From assembly GCF_006345805.1 (NCBI RefSeq), contig NC_043006.1, positions 101,060,001 to 101,124,000 of the forward strand: a stretch of 64,000 nt of DNA, in the 5' to 3' direction. The notes under the pieces are model-generated. The model worked only from the letters and a program-made list of their open reading frames with translations. It was not told the DNA's origin and did not search any database. Shown here one piece after another: positions 1 through 12,752 of this stretch. Made by a program: the position numbers and the translations under genes. Positions within the stretch are counted from its first letter, which is position 1, and the number at the start of each line of letters is the position of its first letter. The stretch is from Octopus sinensis. Lineage: Eukaryota.

Positions 1-14
1 GAATTAAAAAATAT

Positions 15-88
15 GTATATATATATATATGTATGTAACTGTGTGCATGTGTTGTAATATATATATGTATGTATGTATATATATATAG

Positions 89-127
<39 letters not shown>

Positions 128-135
128 ATATATAT

Positions 136-169
<34 letters not shown>

Positions 170-295
170 ATTGTGTGCATGTGTCATAATATATATGTGA
201 ATATATGTATATATATGTATGGATATATATAAATATATATATACATTTATATATATGTACGTATGTATGTATGTGTGTGTGTATATATGTATATA
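15..295. repeat. (TA)n/(TATG)n compound microsatellite
   Basis: Directly visible dinucleotide/tetranucleotide runs; explains ORFs 116..451 and 135..404. Confidence 0.95.
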
Positions 296-837
296 CAACC
301 TCATAACCATAAACATTGTAAACAGAGGAGAGACAAAAGAATGAAAACAAAATGTTGGAAAATAGTAAGGAAGAGGTAGGCTGAGCATGAAGAGGGAAAA
401 CCAAAGGTGTGGTTTGGCATACATTACAGTCTGACCAGCACCACTAATCACCTTGAATTCCAGTGATTATCTGGCTATTTTTAATCTTGTTTGCAAGAAA
501 GATATTACTTATCTCCTGGGAAATCAAAAGCTAAAAGTTACTAATTATTAATCTTTGAGACATTAGCAAAAAATTTCAATTCACTCAGGATATTAAAGGT
601 ATGCCTCTTTTAGAATTATTGGCACTGTCTTCTTATCTACTCTCTTGAATAATTGGTAAAACTGTTGCTACTTTACGTTGGTTCCTGTTTTCAAAGTCAA
701 AATTCTATTGCTTTCGATTGTTTTTATATATACACAAACAGTCATGCACCTCACCCGACATATTCATGTACACACACACACACATTTACAGACATATAGA
801 CATATACATGTGTGTGTGTGTGTTCATATATATATAT

Positions 838-899
<62 letters not shown>

Positions 900-998
900 A
901 TATATGCTTTCATATCACTTTTCTATGCTAGCATGGCTTATACAAATCTATACACATACACATTTACATACGTGTGTGTGTGTGTGTATGTGTGTATA

Positions 999-1745
999 CA
1001 GGGAGCGATGGGTAAGTTGTTGCCATTTTATAGTTTTAATTTCGCGCATGTACATTGTTTATGATTTTGTCCAGTACACAGTATAGTAGGGTTAGTTGGG
1101 CACTGTCTGTGAACAAAAGAGCACCATGACACAATTCACTCTGCCAGAAATTTGGAAACGACATGCAGAATTGCTTGCAATTCACACCAGAAGCTCCAAT
1201 ATGAACATTTCAGTGTGTTTGGGAGTCAATCTGAGGACAGTGCAAACAGAGAACATGTACCAAAAGTCAGCATCATGGTGTTTGGAGTGAGTACTAGTGA
1301 TGGTGATGTTATGCTTCCATTCATCTTCCCACACAGCTTCATACTCAACACAGAGGCCTACATCAAGTGCCTGGAGAAGGTAGTGCTGTCCTGGGTCAAA
1401 AGGGTGACTGCTGGAAGACCCTATGTCTGGCAACAGGACTCTGCACCATATCACACAAGGAGAACCCAGTCATGGCTGTCAGACAATTCCTGCATTCACA
1501 TCACCCCTAACATCTGGCCACCTAAGTTCTCAGACTGCAACCCCCTTGATTATTAGGTGTAGAGCACAGTTGAGTGTGAGACCAACAAAACTCCTTGTAA
1601 CACCAAATATGAACTGAAAGCAAGGATTATGGTAGCATTGACCAACTTAAACAAAGAGACCATCCAGAAGAGTTGCAGGAAATTCTGAAGTCGTCTGGAG
1701 GCTGTGGTAAAAGCCAATGGTGATTTTATTGAATAAATAAAATAA
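999..1745 (+). mobile_element. Decayed maT-like (DD37D) Tc1/mariner transposon, 5' TIR plus transposase remnant
   Basis: TA|CAGGGAGCGATGGGTAAGTTGTTGCC terminus; ORF 1152..1556 has WQQDSAPYH...WPPKFSDCNPLDY (D..D spacing 36-37); homologous to the element at 52103-53352. Confidence 0.8.
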
Positions 1746-2426
1746 GCAATTTTTGAGGCAAATGACAACCTCATTTTGTTAATGAGTGATGAAGCTCATT
1801 TCTGTCTCAGTGGCATGGGAAATTAACAGAACTATCGTTATTGGGCTCTTGAAAATCTGAGAGAACTGCACAAAAGACCACTGCACAGCCCAAATGTGAC
1901 GGTCTGGTGTGCTAATGGAAAAGCTACCATCATTGATCCTTACTGTTTTGAAAACAATAATGGAAATGCTATTACTGAGAACTCCAAGTGTTACATCGAG
2001 ATGATAAACAACTTCTTTGTTCCTGAATTACAATGAAAATGTACGCCTATTCAACATGTGAGGTTTCAGCAGGATGGGGCAATGGCCCCCACAGCCAGAG
2101 CATCAATGGAAATTCTTTGCCTTCTCTTCAGTGACCACCTCATTTCCAGGTTCCCTGATTTGTCCATGTGTGACTATTTCTTGTGGGGAAAACTCAAGGC
2201 ACATGTATATGTGCATTGGGCGATTTGAAGGAAGCTATTCATATGGAAGCCACCCAAATTGACAAAGCAATGCTGGGGAGAGTGGAGGCCAACATCCAAG
2301 AACACCTTCAGAAATACATCAATGAAAATGGACACCAAATGATGGATGTTGCTTTCCACACTTGATTTTGACAAATGCAAATTCAATACGAACACATTGA
2401 TGTCCATAAAATTTGTTCCCACCCTG
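1746..2426 (+). mobile_element. Decayed Tc1/mariner transposase (SDEAHF family), 3' half with TIR
   Basis: Manual translation gives MSDEAHFCLSG, HSPNVTVWCA, FQQDGA, PDLSMCDYFLWGKLKAHVY; ends CACCCTG|TA. Confidence 0.8.
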
Positions 2427-2445
2427 TATAATAGATCATCCAGGC

Positions 2446-2664
2446 CAGTGATTTTCAACCAGGGTTCTGCGGAACCTTAGGGTTCCACCAGTACAGTCCA
2501 GGGGTTTCGCAAGAAGTTACAAAACTGCTAAAATCGGCAGTAATTTTTAATTCTCCTGTGCAGATATGTGTGCATAAGACTATTAAACTATTGCACAGGG
2601 GTTCCTCGAGCCAGTGGAATGTTTCCTTGGGGTTCTGCTCCAGCAAAAAGTTTGAAAAGCACTG
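2446..2664. mobile_element. hAT-like MITE (219 bp)
   Basis: TIRs CAGTGATTTTCAA / TTTGAAAAGCACTG; 8-bp TSD ATCCAGGC vs CTCCAGGC (7/8). Confidence 0.8.
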
Positions 2665-3074
2665 CTCCAGGCCCATATATTAATGGAAGTGGCCATTGCA
2701 AAATCTGAATCATGGAGAGAGCCAAAATTCTTAAGGGCTAAACTCCTGATGCATTAAATAGTCTTAAAGAAGTGTTTTCTAAATGTGTGTACTTCAAGGG
2801 CTACCTACTGGAAATTTGGAACTCCCCGTTTGCTGGTTATGCTTTTTGGGGTCTATAAGGTTTGTTTTATCTTCTGATGCAAGGGAGGCAACCCATGCTC
2901 ATTAACAGTTTTATATGTTAAAACTTAAGTCTCAATTTCTGAGCATTTTCTCACGTCCGCGACATAAAAATTTTTTATGTTTTAGTCATTTTATAGAGTT
3001 TGGCTTTGTGGATATGAAATCTTTGGTAACTTTGTATCCAAAATTTTAATTTTTGTTGTATATATATATATACA

Positions 3075-3290
3075 TGATAGATCGTTAGCCATTACACACA
3101 TTTTTTCTCTCCTTTTTTTCTCTCCTTGTTTTTTCTGTGTCCCTTCCTGTAGAAGAGCGTAGGCTCGAAACATAAAAGACTTTTTCTATTCCTGAGCGTT
3201 ATACTAATACATCTGTTTGTTTTGTACACCACCTGTCTTCGTCTTTTGTTTTTTTCGTAAACTCTCCCAATGTATATATGAGTATACAGA
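3075..3290 (+). mobile_element. ~200-bp Penelope-derived/retrozyme-like element with hammerhead motif
   Basis: Homologous, in opposite orientation, to 51310-51510; contains CTGTAGA-A-GAGC-GTAG-GCTC-GAAA at 3142-3179. Confidence 0.6.
3142..3179 (+). ncRNA. Minimal type-I hammerhead-like motif, partly decayed
   Basis: CTTC CTGTAGA A GAGC gtag GCTC GAAACATA AAAGA; the ACGT palindrome has become ACAT (CpG-type change). Confidence 0.5.
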
Positions 3291-3739
3291 CACACACGCG
3301 TGCACACACACACACACACACACATGCGCACATATGCACAAACATATAAACACACAGCCACACATATTGTTTTTGTAAATTTTACATTGCAAGATTGCTG
3401 ACATGAAATCATGCATTGAAACAGATATTGTATATTAGGAGGGTCATTTACCAATAATAAGCATTCTGGTTCTATATCACTTCAGTTTTGTTATTATTAA
3501 TCAACTGGTTAACCAATTAACCATTTCACCAATGACCAATTAATTTCTTGATTAATTATTTGATCAGTCATTCATTGAGCTAGTTTGTCAGAGCCCTTTC
3601 TGAAGAAGGAGCCTAGAGTAACAAGAGCATGTCATTGGTGAGGTCATGGATGGCATGGAAATGACTCAAGCAAAAAGGCTGAGTGTTGATTGAGCTAATC
3701 AATTAGTTTAATTAATTAAACTCACTAATAAAGAAGTAA

Positions 3740-4065
3740 TCCTTTCTGCTATAGATATTTTGGTGGAGGGAGTTAGTCAATGACGTCGACCCCAGTATTC
3801 AACTGAGCCCCAAAAAGATAAAAGATAAAGTTGACCTCAGTGAAATTTGAACTCAGAAAGTCAAGATAGATAAAATGTTCCTAAGCATTTTGACCAGTAT
3901 GCTAACAATTCTGCCAGCTTGCTGCAACAAATTAATGGTATCCCTTTTTACTATAGGCACAAGGCCTACCACCACCTGTGGTCAACTGGTACTTATTTTA
4001 CCAACCCCAAAAGGATGAAAGGCAAAATTAACCTCAGAGGAATTTCAACACAGAATGCAGAGCTG
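3740..4065 (-). mobile_element. Two decayed tRNA-derived SINE family B fragments
   Basis: AAAGGATGAAAGGCAAA...GAATTTGAACTCAGAA motifs shared with intact copies at 23480 and 31240. Confidence 0.7.
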
Positions 4066-4179
4066 GAAGAAAGTAGTGATGATGATGATGATGATGATAA
4101 CAAGAGCACTCAGAGAACGCAAACCTCCGCCAGTGCAACACCAACTTCCTCTCAACGATTAGCCAGAGATGATTTTTAA

Positions 4180-4462
4180 AATGAGAAAATCTGAAATAAA
4201 CCTGGCTGCTCTCACAATCGAGAATACTAAGAATGAACCTGGCCACTCTCAAAAATTAAGTAAAAAAAAAACAGGAAATATAATCCATAATCCTTATCTG
4301 GTACCAAATCAATCCCAAAATCAGTTCAGGCCAGTTACGAGGCCAAGCATCTCTGAAAGTTTCATCCAAATCCATCCAGCAGTTCTTGAGGTATCTTGTC
4401 CACAAACAAACAAACAAATGCGGCTGAAAACAATACATCCGCCTTAGCAAAGGCAGAGGAAA
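4180..4462 (+). mobile_element. Possible Helentron-associated (HINE/DINE-1-like) non-autonomous element
   Basis: Ends in (CAAA)n, GAAAACAATACATCC and hairpin CCGCCTT-AGCA-AAGGCAG, the typical HINE 3' layout. Confidence 0.45.
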
Positions 4463-4474
4463 TAATAATAATAG

Positions 4475-6768
4475 TTAGATTAATACTGAAAATAGAGCTC
4501 AATGTGAAAAAAGGATAACAGGTATCAACACTCTAGCTGTCCCAGTTATAAGTTACAGCTACAATATTCTTAACTGGACTCTAAATGAACTAATCAAAAT
4601 AGACAGGAAAGCAAGAAAAATAATGACAGGATTTAGGATGCACCATCCAAATTCTGACAGAGAAAGATTATTTATACAACGTATGGAAGGTGATAGAGCC
4701 CTTATACAGCCAGAAAACTATTACAAAATAATCAGCATAGCACTACAGAAATATCTACATCTGAAGCAAGGAAAACTAATACAAATAGCCACAAAACACG
4801 AGCAAAACAAAAAAACTGTCTTCAAGATTCAAGGAAACTAACAAATACAAGGAAGAAGTCATAATACCTAACGACTACGAAGAAAAGGAAGAAACAACAA
4901 CAGGTGTAAAACAAATGAAATCCAAACGTAAACTGAAACAGCAACGGATCATGATAAAACGATGGCAAGGAAAGCCACTTGATGGCAAATACTGGATTAA
5001 ACTAAACAAAAAAGAAAAAAACCAAAGCAAAATCCCAACAATGGCTGAGAAGCTCAAGACTCAAAGCAGAGACTGAAGGATTTTTAATTTTAGTGCAAGA
5101 CCAAAGCTCCACATCAGAAATTACCAAAAACCTGTAGTGAAAAGAAATACAACTAACTGCAGAATATATAGAGAAGGAGAAGAAACAATAAAACATATTG
5201 TCTCTGGCTGCCCAGTCCTGGCTAAGAAGGAATATATTCACAGACATGACAGAGTTGGGATCTATAGGCACTGGAAGCTGTGCCAACACTTTGGAATAAC
5301 AACAGAAATAAAGATGGTGTAGTGTACACTCTAGGAAAATTTCTCTCCCTTTTATTATATATACGGGCATATACAGGTAGCAGATAACAGCTAGTCTTTG
5401 GCCGCTATTTGGACCCTGTTGTGTCCACTGCACTGATTGGTTGGTATTGATGCAATTCGTTTCTTACTCTGTCATGCCAATCTGCAGAGTATAACCAATC
5501 GGAGCTCTAAATATGATCACATGACACAGCTTGTTTTTAACTCAATTTGAGCTTACAGCTCCTTATAAAAACCCAGCCACGCCTCATCTCAAAGTCTTTG
5601 GTTCCAAGCTTTTTAAGGTCTAGCCCCTGACCACACAAGACAGCCAGTTACAGCAACAACGCCAGACGACAACACCCATCCAACAGCAACACACCCAGGT
5701 TTCAATGTAGTTCTGTTCGTGAATTACTTCACCATGGTTAATAGCAAATATACAACCTACAAGAACTCTTGTACCAAGTGACTCAGGCAGCAATATTACA
5801 GCCTCCACTTCGTATGACACATACCACAACTCCAGCTCTGCATCATCACCACAGCTTCTTGATACAATATTTCAACTACCATGTACTATTGACTACAAAC
5901 TGGTATTTCTCATTCTTGTGTCTATGAACATTCATCTGACTTCTCATTATAGATTCTTTCACTGTCTTCTTACTGTTATTCTTATATGTACTTAATATGC
6001 ACGCATACATCCATGCCTATACACACATTCACTTTGTTCTCATGACAACCTGTATATTATTCTGTATACATGATGTACACACAGGCACACATGTTAACAT
6101 ATCAATAAATATTCTCTCAAACATTCTATTTGGTTGTGTCTTTCTCTTTCCAACTGGCACATTATATGTATTATTCCAGCCGTCTAAACAGAGTTGTTAT
6201 TAGATGGTTTTACCACACTTCACATCGACCATCTATAATGGTATAGACACCCGCCAGAAAAGGTCACTGAAAATGAGAAAGCAACCATACTCTTGGATAT
6301 GCCAATACACACAGACAGAGAAATTAAGGCCAATAAGCCAGATATAGTTGTCAGAGATCATCAAGAAAAAAAAGTTTTCTAATTGATATAGCAATACCAA
6401 CATATGACAATGTTTCTCTAAAAGAAACAGAAACTTTCAAAATACAAAGAGCTGAAAATAGAGGTAACTCAAATGTGGAGTCTGAAAGCAGAAACAATTC
6501 CTTTCATAGCAGATGCATTACGTATGATAAAAAGATATTCAGACAAATACATAACAAAAACACCAGGACTGACAAGTATATGTAACATCCAAAAAATAGC
6601 ACTACTAGGCACTGCACCCATCCTACATAAAACACTTTCAATACAGTAAAAATAAGAGCATCACAATAAACCATAGCACAACCCAAGGCACACAGAGCTG
6701 TGCTCGGTAGTGTAGTGAAAGCACGTGATAAAAATAAGACTACTGAGTAATAATAATAATAATAATAA
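4475..6768 (+). mobile_element. 5'-truncated R4/Dong-clade non-LTR retrotransposon (RT C-terminus, CCHC finger, restriction-like endonuclease), decayed
   Basis: INTLAVPVISYS..NW..ELIKIDRKARKIMT..HHPNSDRERLF; CRIYREGEETIKHIVSGC (ORF 5137); NKPDIVVRD..FLIDIAIP..KYKEL (PD..D..K); (TAA)n at both flanks (4461-4473, 6748-6768). Confidence 0.85.
5318..6237 (+). mobile_element. Probable solo LTR (920 bp) inserted in the R4/Dong element
   Basis: 4-bp TSD ATGG (5314-5317, 6238-6241); termini TGTAG...CTATA (CTACA expected); TATA-like CCTTATAAAA at 5571, CCAAT-like motifs upstream, AATAAA at 6104; removing it rejoins the LINE sequence. Confidence 0.7.
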
Positions 6769-7269
6769 CAAAGTGATATCATGTACATTGTTTTGTCTTG
6801 GTATAAAAGATGGGCTACAGCAAATATTCTGCTTAATACCACAGATTTACTTGTCAGTTGCTTGACCTTAACCAGTTGAACATGTCCCTTAGTGGCTGAC
6901 GATATGTGCATCTCTGATCATGAGCAGAAGTAGTGGGGGAGCATCATAGCCATGTGTTGAGAGGGATTCTTAGAGGTTTGGATAATTCACCTTTGGAAAC
7001 ATGGGTGTTTCGTTCAACATCATTAAACAACCCTTATTTGGGAACCTTTTGAGTGGGATGGGCTACTCGACCAGAAGAAAATTCTAACTGGGCCCCACCT
7101 GCAAGGTCATGTGCTGTTTATCTTTATATGAGATCACCATGTTGCACACATATGGTTGTGATGCCTGTGCTTGGTGTACCCTTATTAGACAGGTAGTCAT
7201 GATGGGTATACTGGGCTTCATATATTTTACCCTAGTGTCAATTTGATGGCATACACTGCTTTTTCACTC

Positions 7270-7309
<40 letters not shown>

Positions 7310-7314
<5 letters not shown>

Positions 7315-7530
7315 CCTTTCTACTATAAGCACAAGGTCTGAAGCTTTTGGGAAGAAGGCTCATCAATTGCATAAACTCCAGTTTGCAACAGGTATTTATT
7401 TTATTGACCCTCCAAAGGATGAAAAGCAAAGTCAACCTTTGCAGAATTTGAAATCAGAATGTAATAATGGACAAAATGCCACTAAGTATTTTACCTTCTG
7501 TGCTAACGATTTTACCTGCTCACTGCCTTA
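7310..7530 (-). mobile_element. SINE family B copy, decayed, next to an (AAT)n run
   Basis: AAAGGATGAAAAGCAAAGTCAACC...GAATTTGAAATCAGAA shared motif. Confidence 0.7.
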
Positions 7531-7704
7531 CTAATGATAATAATGAAAATAAAGATTGAAATAGAACAAGCATTTGTCTTTCTTTTTGGCAAAATGTTCC
7601 TCTCAAGCATCAGTTTCAAAACATGATTCCATATCAAGGAGGGTTATCTTGAATGTATACTCATCTCAGGAATTCTCAACCATTTATATTATAACTAGCA
7701 CTCA

Positions 7705-7872
7705 TGCTAGTGACACATAAAAGCACCCATTACATTCTTGGAGTGGTTGGCATTAGGAAGGGCATCCAGCCATAGAAACCATGCCAAGTCAGACTGGAGT
7801 CTGGTGCAGCCCTTCAGCTTGCCAGCCCTGGTCAAGCTATCCAACCTATACCAGCATGGACAATGGACATTA

Positions 7873-7924
<52 letters not shown>

Positions 7925-7925
7925 A
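7705..7925 (+). mobile_element. RTE LINE 3'-end fragment with (GAT)n tail
   Basis: GAGTGGTTGGCATTAGGAAGGGCATCCAGC...CCAGCATGGA...(GAT)n matches the 3' terminus of the RTE at 18630-18790. Confidence 0.85.
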
Positions 7926-8677
7926 TGAATTCATGAAGGTATGTGGCCTAATGGGTAGCGTATTGGATTCATAATTGTTAGGTGGTGGATTTGATTCTTC
8001 AATTGGGCCATGCATCGTGTCCTTATGCAAGGCACTTCATTCCTTGTTGATCCAGTTCACTCAGCTAAAAATGAGTACCAGAGGTGCTTGGGGGTCAACC
8101 TTGCAATGGACAGAGGGGGGAAGTCTTGTACTATCACCCTAAACTGGATAAGCACTAGCATTATGTGTAGAAGTTCCTAAGGAATAATGCTTGGGGAAGA
8201 AAGGACCAGGAATAGTAGTTAGTACAGGAAAAGTAAAGCTGGATATCAATATGGACATGAAGCAGAATTAATAGTGAATCAGTGCTGCTTGAGTGAGAGG
8301 TACAAGAGCAGCCAACTAATGGGAACAAGGACCATTATAGTAGCAATAGAAAAGAGACAGTACATGCATCAGCCAGAGACTGGAATGTGGCTGTGAATAG
8401 ACGAATGCCAATCAGCCAAGTGGCCTGTGTCTGAATGTGATTCAGGACATCTATTTGTGTCACAGCAATGCCAATTTAGATGTGGTGGCAGCACTCTGCT
8501 GTGGGCCCTTACCCTTACAGAGTGCCAGCAGCTGTTATGGCAGAAATATTATCTGATTCTGAGAGAAGAGAAGGGCCAGTTTTTGAGACACCAGAACTTT
8601 TTTAAGATTCAAGGGGAGGTAATTCAGTTGATCAAGTGAGTGAGGATTCTTCAGTCATCATCAAAAATAACAGATGG

Positions 8678-9040
8678 CTAGCACTATGACCTGGCGTTGC
8701 CGGGTCATAGAGCTAGTGCATGCATATACAGCTGTGTGCGTACACACATACACGTGAGTACTGTCCAAATCTCTGACCAATCACATACAGCTAACTGGCA
8801 TTCAATTGGCATATCAAGTTTCGGGCATTTTGATTGTGTTTTGGATAGAAAATTCACCAAAAATCACTTCTATTGATTTTTTAATGGCTTTGCGGGGTGA
8901 CTGGTGAAATGTAAAGATGCGCACGACCACCCTTGGACGGTTTTGAATGACCATAGAAAGTGAGAGCCCTCTAACTGAAAACTTGTGGATTTGTATAAAG
9001 GACACACACACAGACATTCTGCCATTTATATATATAGAGA
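8678..9040 (-). mobile_element. Non-autonomous Helitron (363 bp)
   Basis: Minus strand starts A|TCTCTATATATATAAA and ends with hairpin CTATGACCCGGC-AAC-GCCAGGTCATAG then TG-CTAG. Confidence 0.7.
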
Positions 9041-9041
9041 T

Positions 9042-9236
9042 AATGATAATAACGATGGTGATGATGATGACAATGGTAATGATGATGATGATGGTAATGA
9101 TGGTGACGATGGTGAGGAGGATGATGATGGGTATCCTGATGTCAATGGTGATCATGATGATGATGATGATCATGATGATGGCGATCATGATGATGGTGAC
9201 GATTATGATGATGATCATGATGATGGTGACGATAAT
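9042..9236 (+). repeat. Degenerate (GAT)n trinucleotide array
   Basis: Visible; produces the Asp-rich and Met-rich pseudo-ORFs. Confidence 0.9.
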
Positions 9237-9644
9237 GAGAAAGTCCAGATACTTATTTACTTTTGTATGTAACCACTTGTATGGCGTATGCTTACAGAGA
9301 ATATATAAGTTTTCATGTACATATGTATATGTGTATTTGTAAACGTGTTATGTGTGTATATCTGTACGGTGTGCGTTTATAGAAAAGATGCATCTGTATT
9401 CATGTATGTATATGCATATTTGTATATATGTGCAAATCTTTATGCATGTAAGCGGGTCTCTAATTGAGTACATAAATATGTAATTTATGCTAATTTCTTT
9501 TTATTTATGATTTTTTTGCTTAATTATTCGTTTAATGTTATAGTTCCTTGATTGAATGTCTTCAATATTTTCTTTGATCTGTCTAATATATAAACATCAT
9601 AATTTGTAAGAGATGCTGCTTAATTCTTACTTTAACTCGTCGCC

Positions 9645-10016
9645 ATGGTAGTTGTCATCATCATGGGCATCATCATCATCATCAGTGTAGTCATCATCAT
9701 CAACATCATCATCATCATCAATATCACCATCATCATCATCAATATCACCATCATCATTATCATCACCACCACCACCACCACCACCATCCTCATCATCATC
9801 ATCATCAACATCATCATCATCAACATCATCATCATCAACATCATCATCATCATCAACATCATCATCATCATCATCATCCTCATCATCATCATCATCACCA
9901 CCACCACAACCACCACCCTCATCATCATCGTCATCATCATTAATGTTATTATTACCATTATTATGGTTGTCATCATCGTCCTCATCATAGTTATCATTTT
10001 CCCCTTATCATCATCA
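9645..10016 (+). repeat. Degenerate (CAT/CAC)n trinucleotide array
   Basis: Visible; produces the poly-Ile and poly-Met pseudo-ORFs. Confidence 0.9.
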
Positions 10017-10019
10017 GTG

Positions 10020-10690
10020 ACAGAGACCTGGCAAACAACCAAGATCTTTGGAGATATGCTGTACTTGAGAAGACCCAGCAAGCCAAGTGAGATCGTAGCT
10101 GTGGCCTATGCCAGTGTCGCATAACCGGCCCCTTTAAGAGTACCCTTCAATCGTCGGGCAATATGCTGTTGAGTCAAGTGAAATCATTGTCATGGCCGAT
10201 GCCAGTACCGCCTGACTGGCACCCATGCTGGTGGCACATAAAAAGGACCGTTTGAGCATGGTCGATGCCAGTACAACTGGACAGGCTCCCATGCAAGTGG
10301 CACGTAAAATGCACCATTTGATTAATGTTTATGCCAGTACTGCTAGACAGGCTCCCACGCTGGTGGCACGTAAAATGCACCATTTGATTAATGTTTATGC
10401 CAGTACTGCTAGACAGGCTCCCACGCTGGTGGCACATAAAAAGGACCGTTTGAGCATGGTCAAGACCAGTGCTGCCTGACTGGCCCCTGTGCCAGTGGAA
10501 GGTAAAAAGCAACCACTACACTCTCGGAGTGGTTGGTGTCGGAAAGGACATCCAGCTGTAGAAACCTTGCCAGATCAGATTGGAGTCTCGTGCAGCCTCC
10601 TGGCTTGCCAGTCCTCAGTCAAACCATCCAACCCATGCCAGCATGGAAAGCAGACGTTAAACAGCGATGATGATGATCATCATCATCATC
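10020..10690 (+). mobile_element. RTE-family 3' fragment with an internal ~69-bp tandem duplication and (GAT) tail
   Basis: GGCACGTAAAATGCACCATTTGATTAATG...GCTCCCACGCTGGT occurs twice; 3' end CACTACACTCTCGGAGTGGTTGG...GCATGGAAAGCAGACGTTAAAC matches the RTE terminus. Confidence 0.75.
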
Positions 10691-10950
10691 ATCATTGCCA
10701 ACATCACTGTCAACCTCAATAGCAACATAACTGTCATCACCGCCACCACCATCATTACTATCATCATCATCATCCTCATCATCATTATCGTTATCATCAC
10801 CTTCATCATCGTCACCATTGCCTTCATTTTCATCGTCACAATCTTCATGGTCTTCATTCTTGTCATCATCATCATCATCCTCATCAGATTCTTCGTTGTC
10901 TTTATTATATCATCACTGTGGTCATCATCATCATCACCATCATTATTCAA
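10670..10950 (+). repeat. Degenerate (CAT)n array
   Basis: Visible. Confidence 0.9.
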
Positions 10951-11250
10951 GATTTGTCTCTCTACTTCACTCTTTCATCATTGCTTATGTTATCCAGAAG
11001 TTGCTTCATCTATACATCACCATGTATATATATATTATTTTTCCATTTACTCCTATTTGCAGTGGAAACGATACAAATCCGTTTGGCTTTAAGGAGCAGA
11101 AACCACTACACAAGTGGTAGAGAGCAAGGACAACACCCCTGTGGCCCAGAGGCAGAAGTATGTCTACGAGTGATTCTATGCCAATCAGTTGCGTGACCAT
11201 TTTCTGGATATAATCAAGAATTTCAGTGCATGTAGCAGCAGTACCATCCA

Positions 11251-11284
<34 letters not shown>

Positions 11285-11304
<20 letters not shown>

Positions 11305-11790
11305 TTAGGGAATAAATCCAAACTTACAGGGAAAAATGAGATTTAGGATTAAATCCAATTTTATAGTATAAATATATTATATCATATTATATTAAATTAG
11401 AGATAAAACCACTATTAGGCAAATCAAACAGTGAAAAACATAAGCCAATACATAAAATTAATTTAAAATATAAAAGTTAAAAATAAAAAAATTATTTAAA
11501 TAATTTAAACTTATAAATATTTATATATATATATGTATGTATGTATATTTTTATATTTATATATTATTTTATTTATTAATTAATTAATTAATTAATTAAT
11601 TTATTTATTTATTTTTTTAAATTTTTTATTTTTATATATATATATATATATCAAAAGTATTAAAAGTTTAATAAAAGATAAAGCATAAAACACTACGATC
11701 GTTTCATGGCTATACCAATTCGAATAACAATAATTTAAATTCAATTAATAATTCGAGTTATGGTTACAGTCAATCTTTAGGTTAATTGAA
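11285..11790. mobile_element. AT-rich Penelope-like element remnant with a decayed hammerhead
   Basis: (AAT)n-ATTAGG..TCCAAACTTACAGGGAAAAA shared with 25795 and 27025; 11390-11460 is inverted-homologous to 24570-24640; minus-strand GAAACGATCGTAGTG at 11691-11705. Confidence 0.55.
11691..11783 (-). ncRNA. Decayed minimal type-I hammerhead with long helix II
   Basis: CTAAAGA (CTGAAGA expected), TGACTGTAACCA...TGGTATAGCCA helix II, GAA-ACGATCGT-A palindromic helix III. Confidence 0.45.
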
Positions 11791-12709
11791 ATATTTTAAA
11801 AATAATCAGAAATATTTAAACAATATTTTTAAGATATAAATAATATAATAATTTTACTTATAATAAACTCTATTATCAAACTAGAAACTTAAAACTTAAC
11901 AATTATGATTATATCAAAATCAATTATAATGTTAAATATTAATTTTAATTTATAAGGTAGAAAACCCACCAATAATTTAATATTGGTAATAGTCTATATC
12001 TAATTACATAAATATTTTTAAAAAAATAAAAAATAACTATTATATATAAATTATCAATGAAAATATATAAATGTATATAAATATTATAATTAAGAACTAA
12101 AATAATCTCTATAAATAAATATATATGCACATATAATAAAAACCTAATAAATTAACTTTTCATATTTAAAGATGAAATAGCTAATTTCAAAAATACAAAC
12201 AAACAAACTTAAAGGAACGTTCGGAAATCTTATGTAAAATACTAATAGAAATAATCAATTCGTAGTTATATAGTATCGAATAAATACTATAAATATAATT
12301 ATCAATGGGAATAACTAGCGAATATCAATTTTAAAAGACAATAACTAAGTTATGCTATTAAGTTAGACATAACCTGGACCAATCTTTAGTCGAAACATAT
12401 CTAAGTTTATCAAAGTTTATATAATTTTAATTATAAGAAATTTAAAACTACAATTAATACTATTAATACATGTATATACAAAAGCCTAACTTTAGACACC
12501 TCGTATATTTACTATCAAACATAAATCTATCGCTAAGTAGTATCTTACGAATAAACTTAAATTTAATATCTAATAATATAGAAAATTACGATAATTAGAT
12601 CATTACATAAACAACAATATTTACATAAGGAAAATATTATTACACCAAAGACTTATACAATATTAAAATTTACAATTTAAAGATCTTAAATATAAATAAA
12701 TAAATACAT

Positions 12710-12752
<43 letters not shown>

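Noticed and set aside
116-1086. ORFs rich in YI/HT/CV dipeptides, here and throughout the window
   Set aside because: They are translations of (TA)n, (CA)n and (TACA)n microsatellites
8814-11120. Poly-Asp, poly-Met, poly-Ile and poly-His ORFs resembling biomineral or acidic proteins
   Set aside because: They coincide exactly with degenerate (GAT/CAT)n arrays that are open in several frames on both strands, with no splice or non-repeat coding context
11790-12720. Very AT-rich stretch as a possible NUMT
   Set aside because: No mitochondrial gene, rRNA or tRNA motif recognised; flanked by PLE-type repeats
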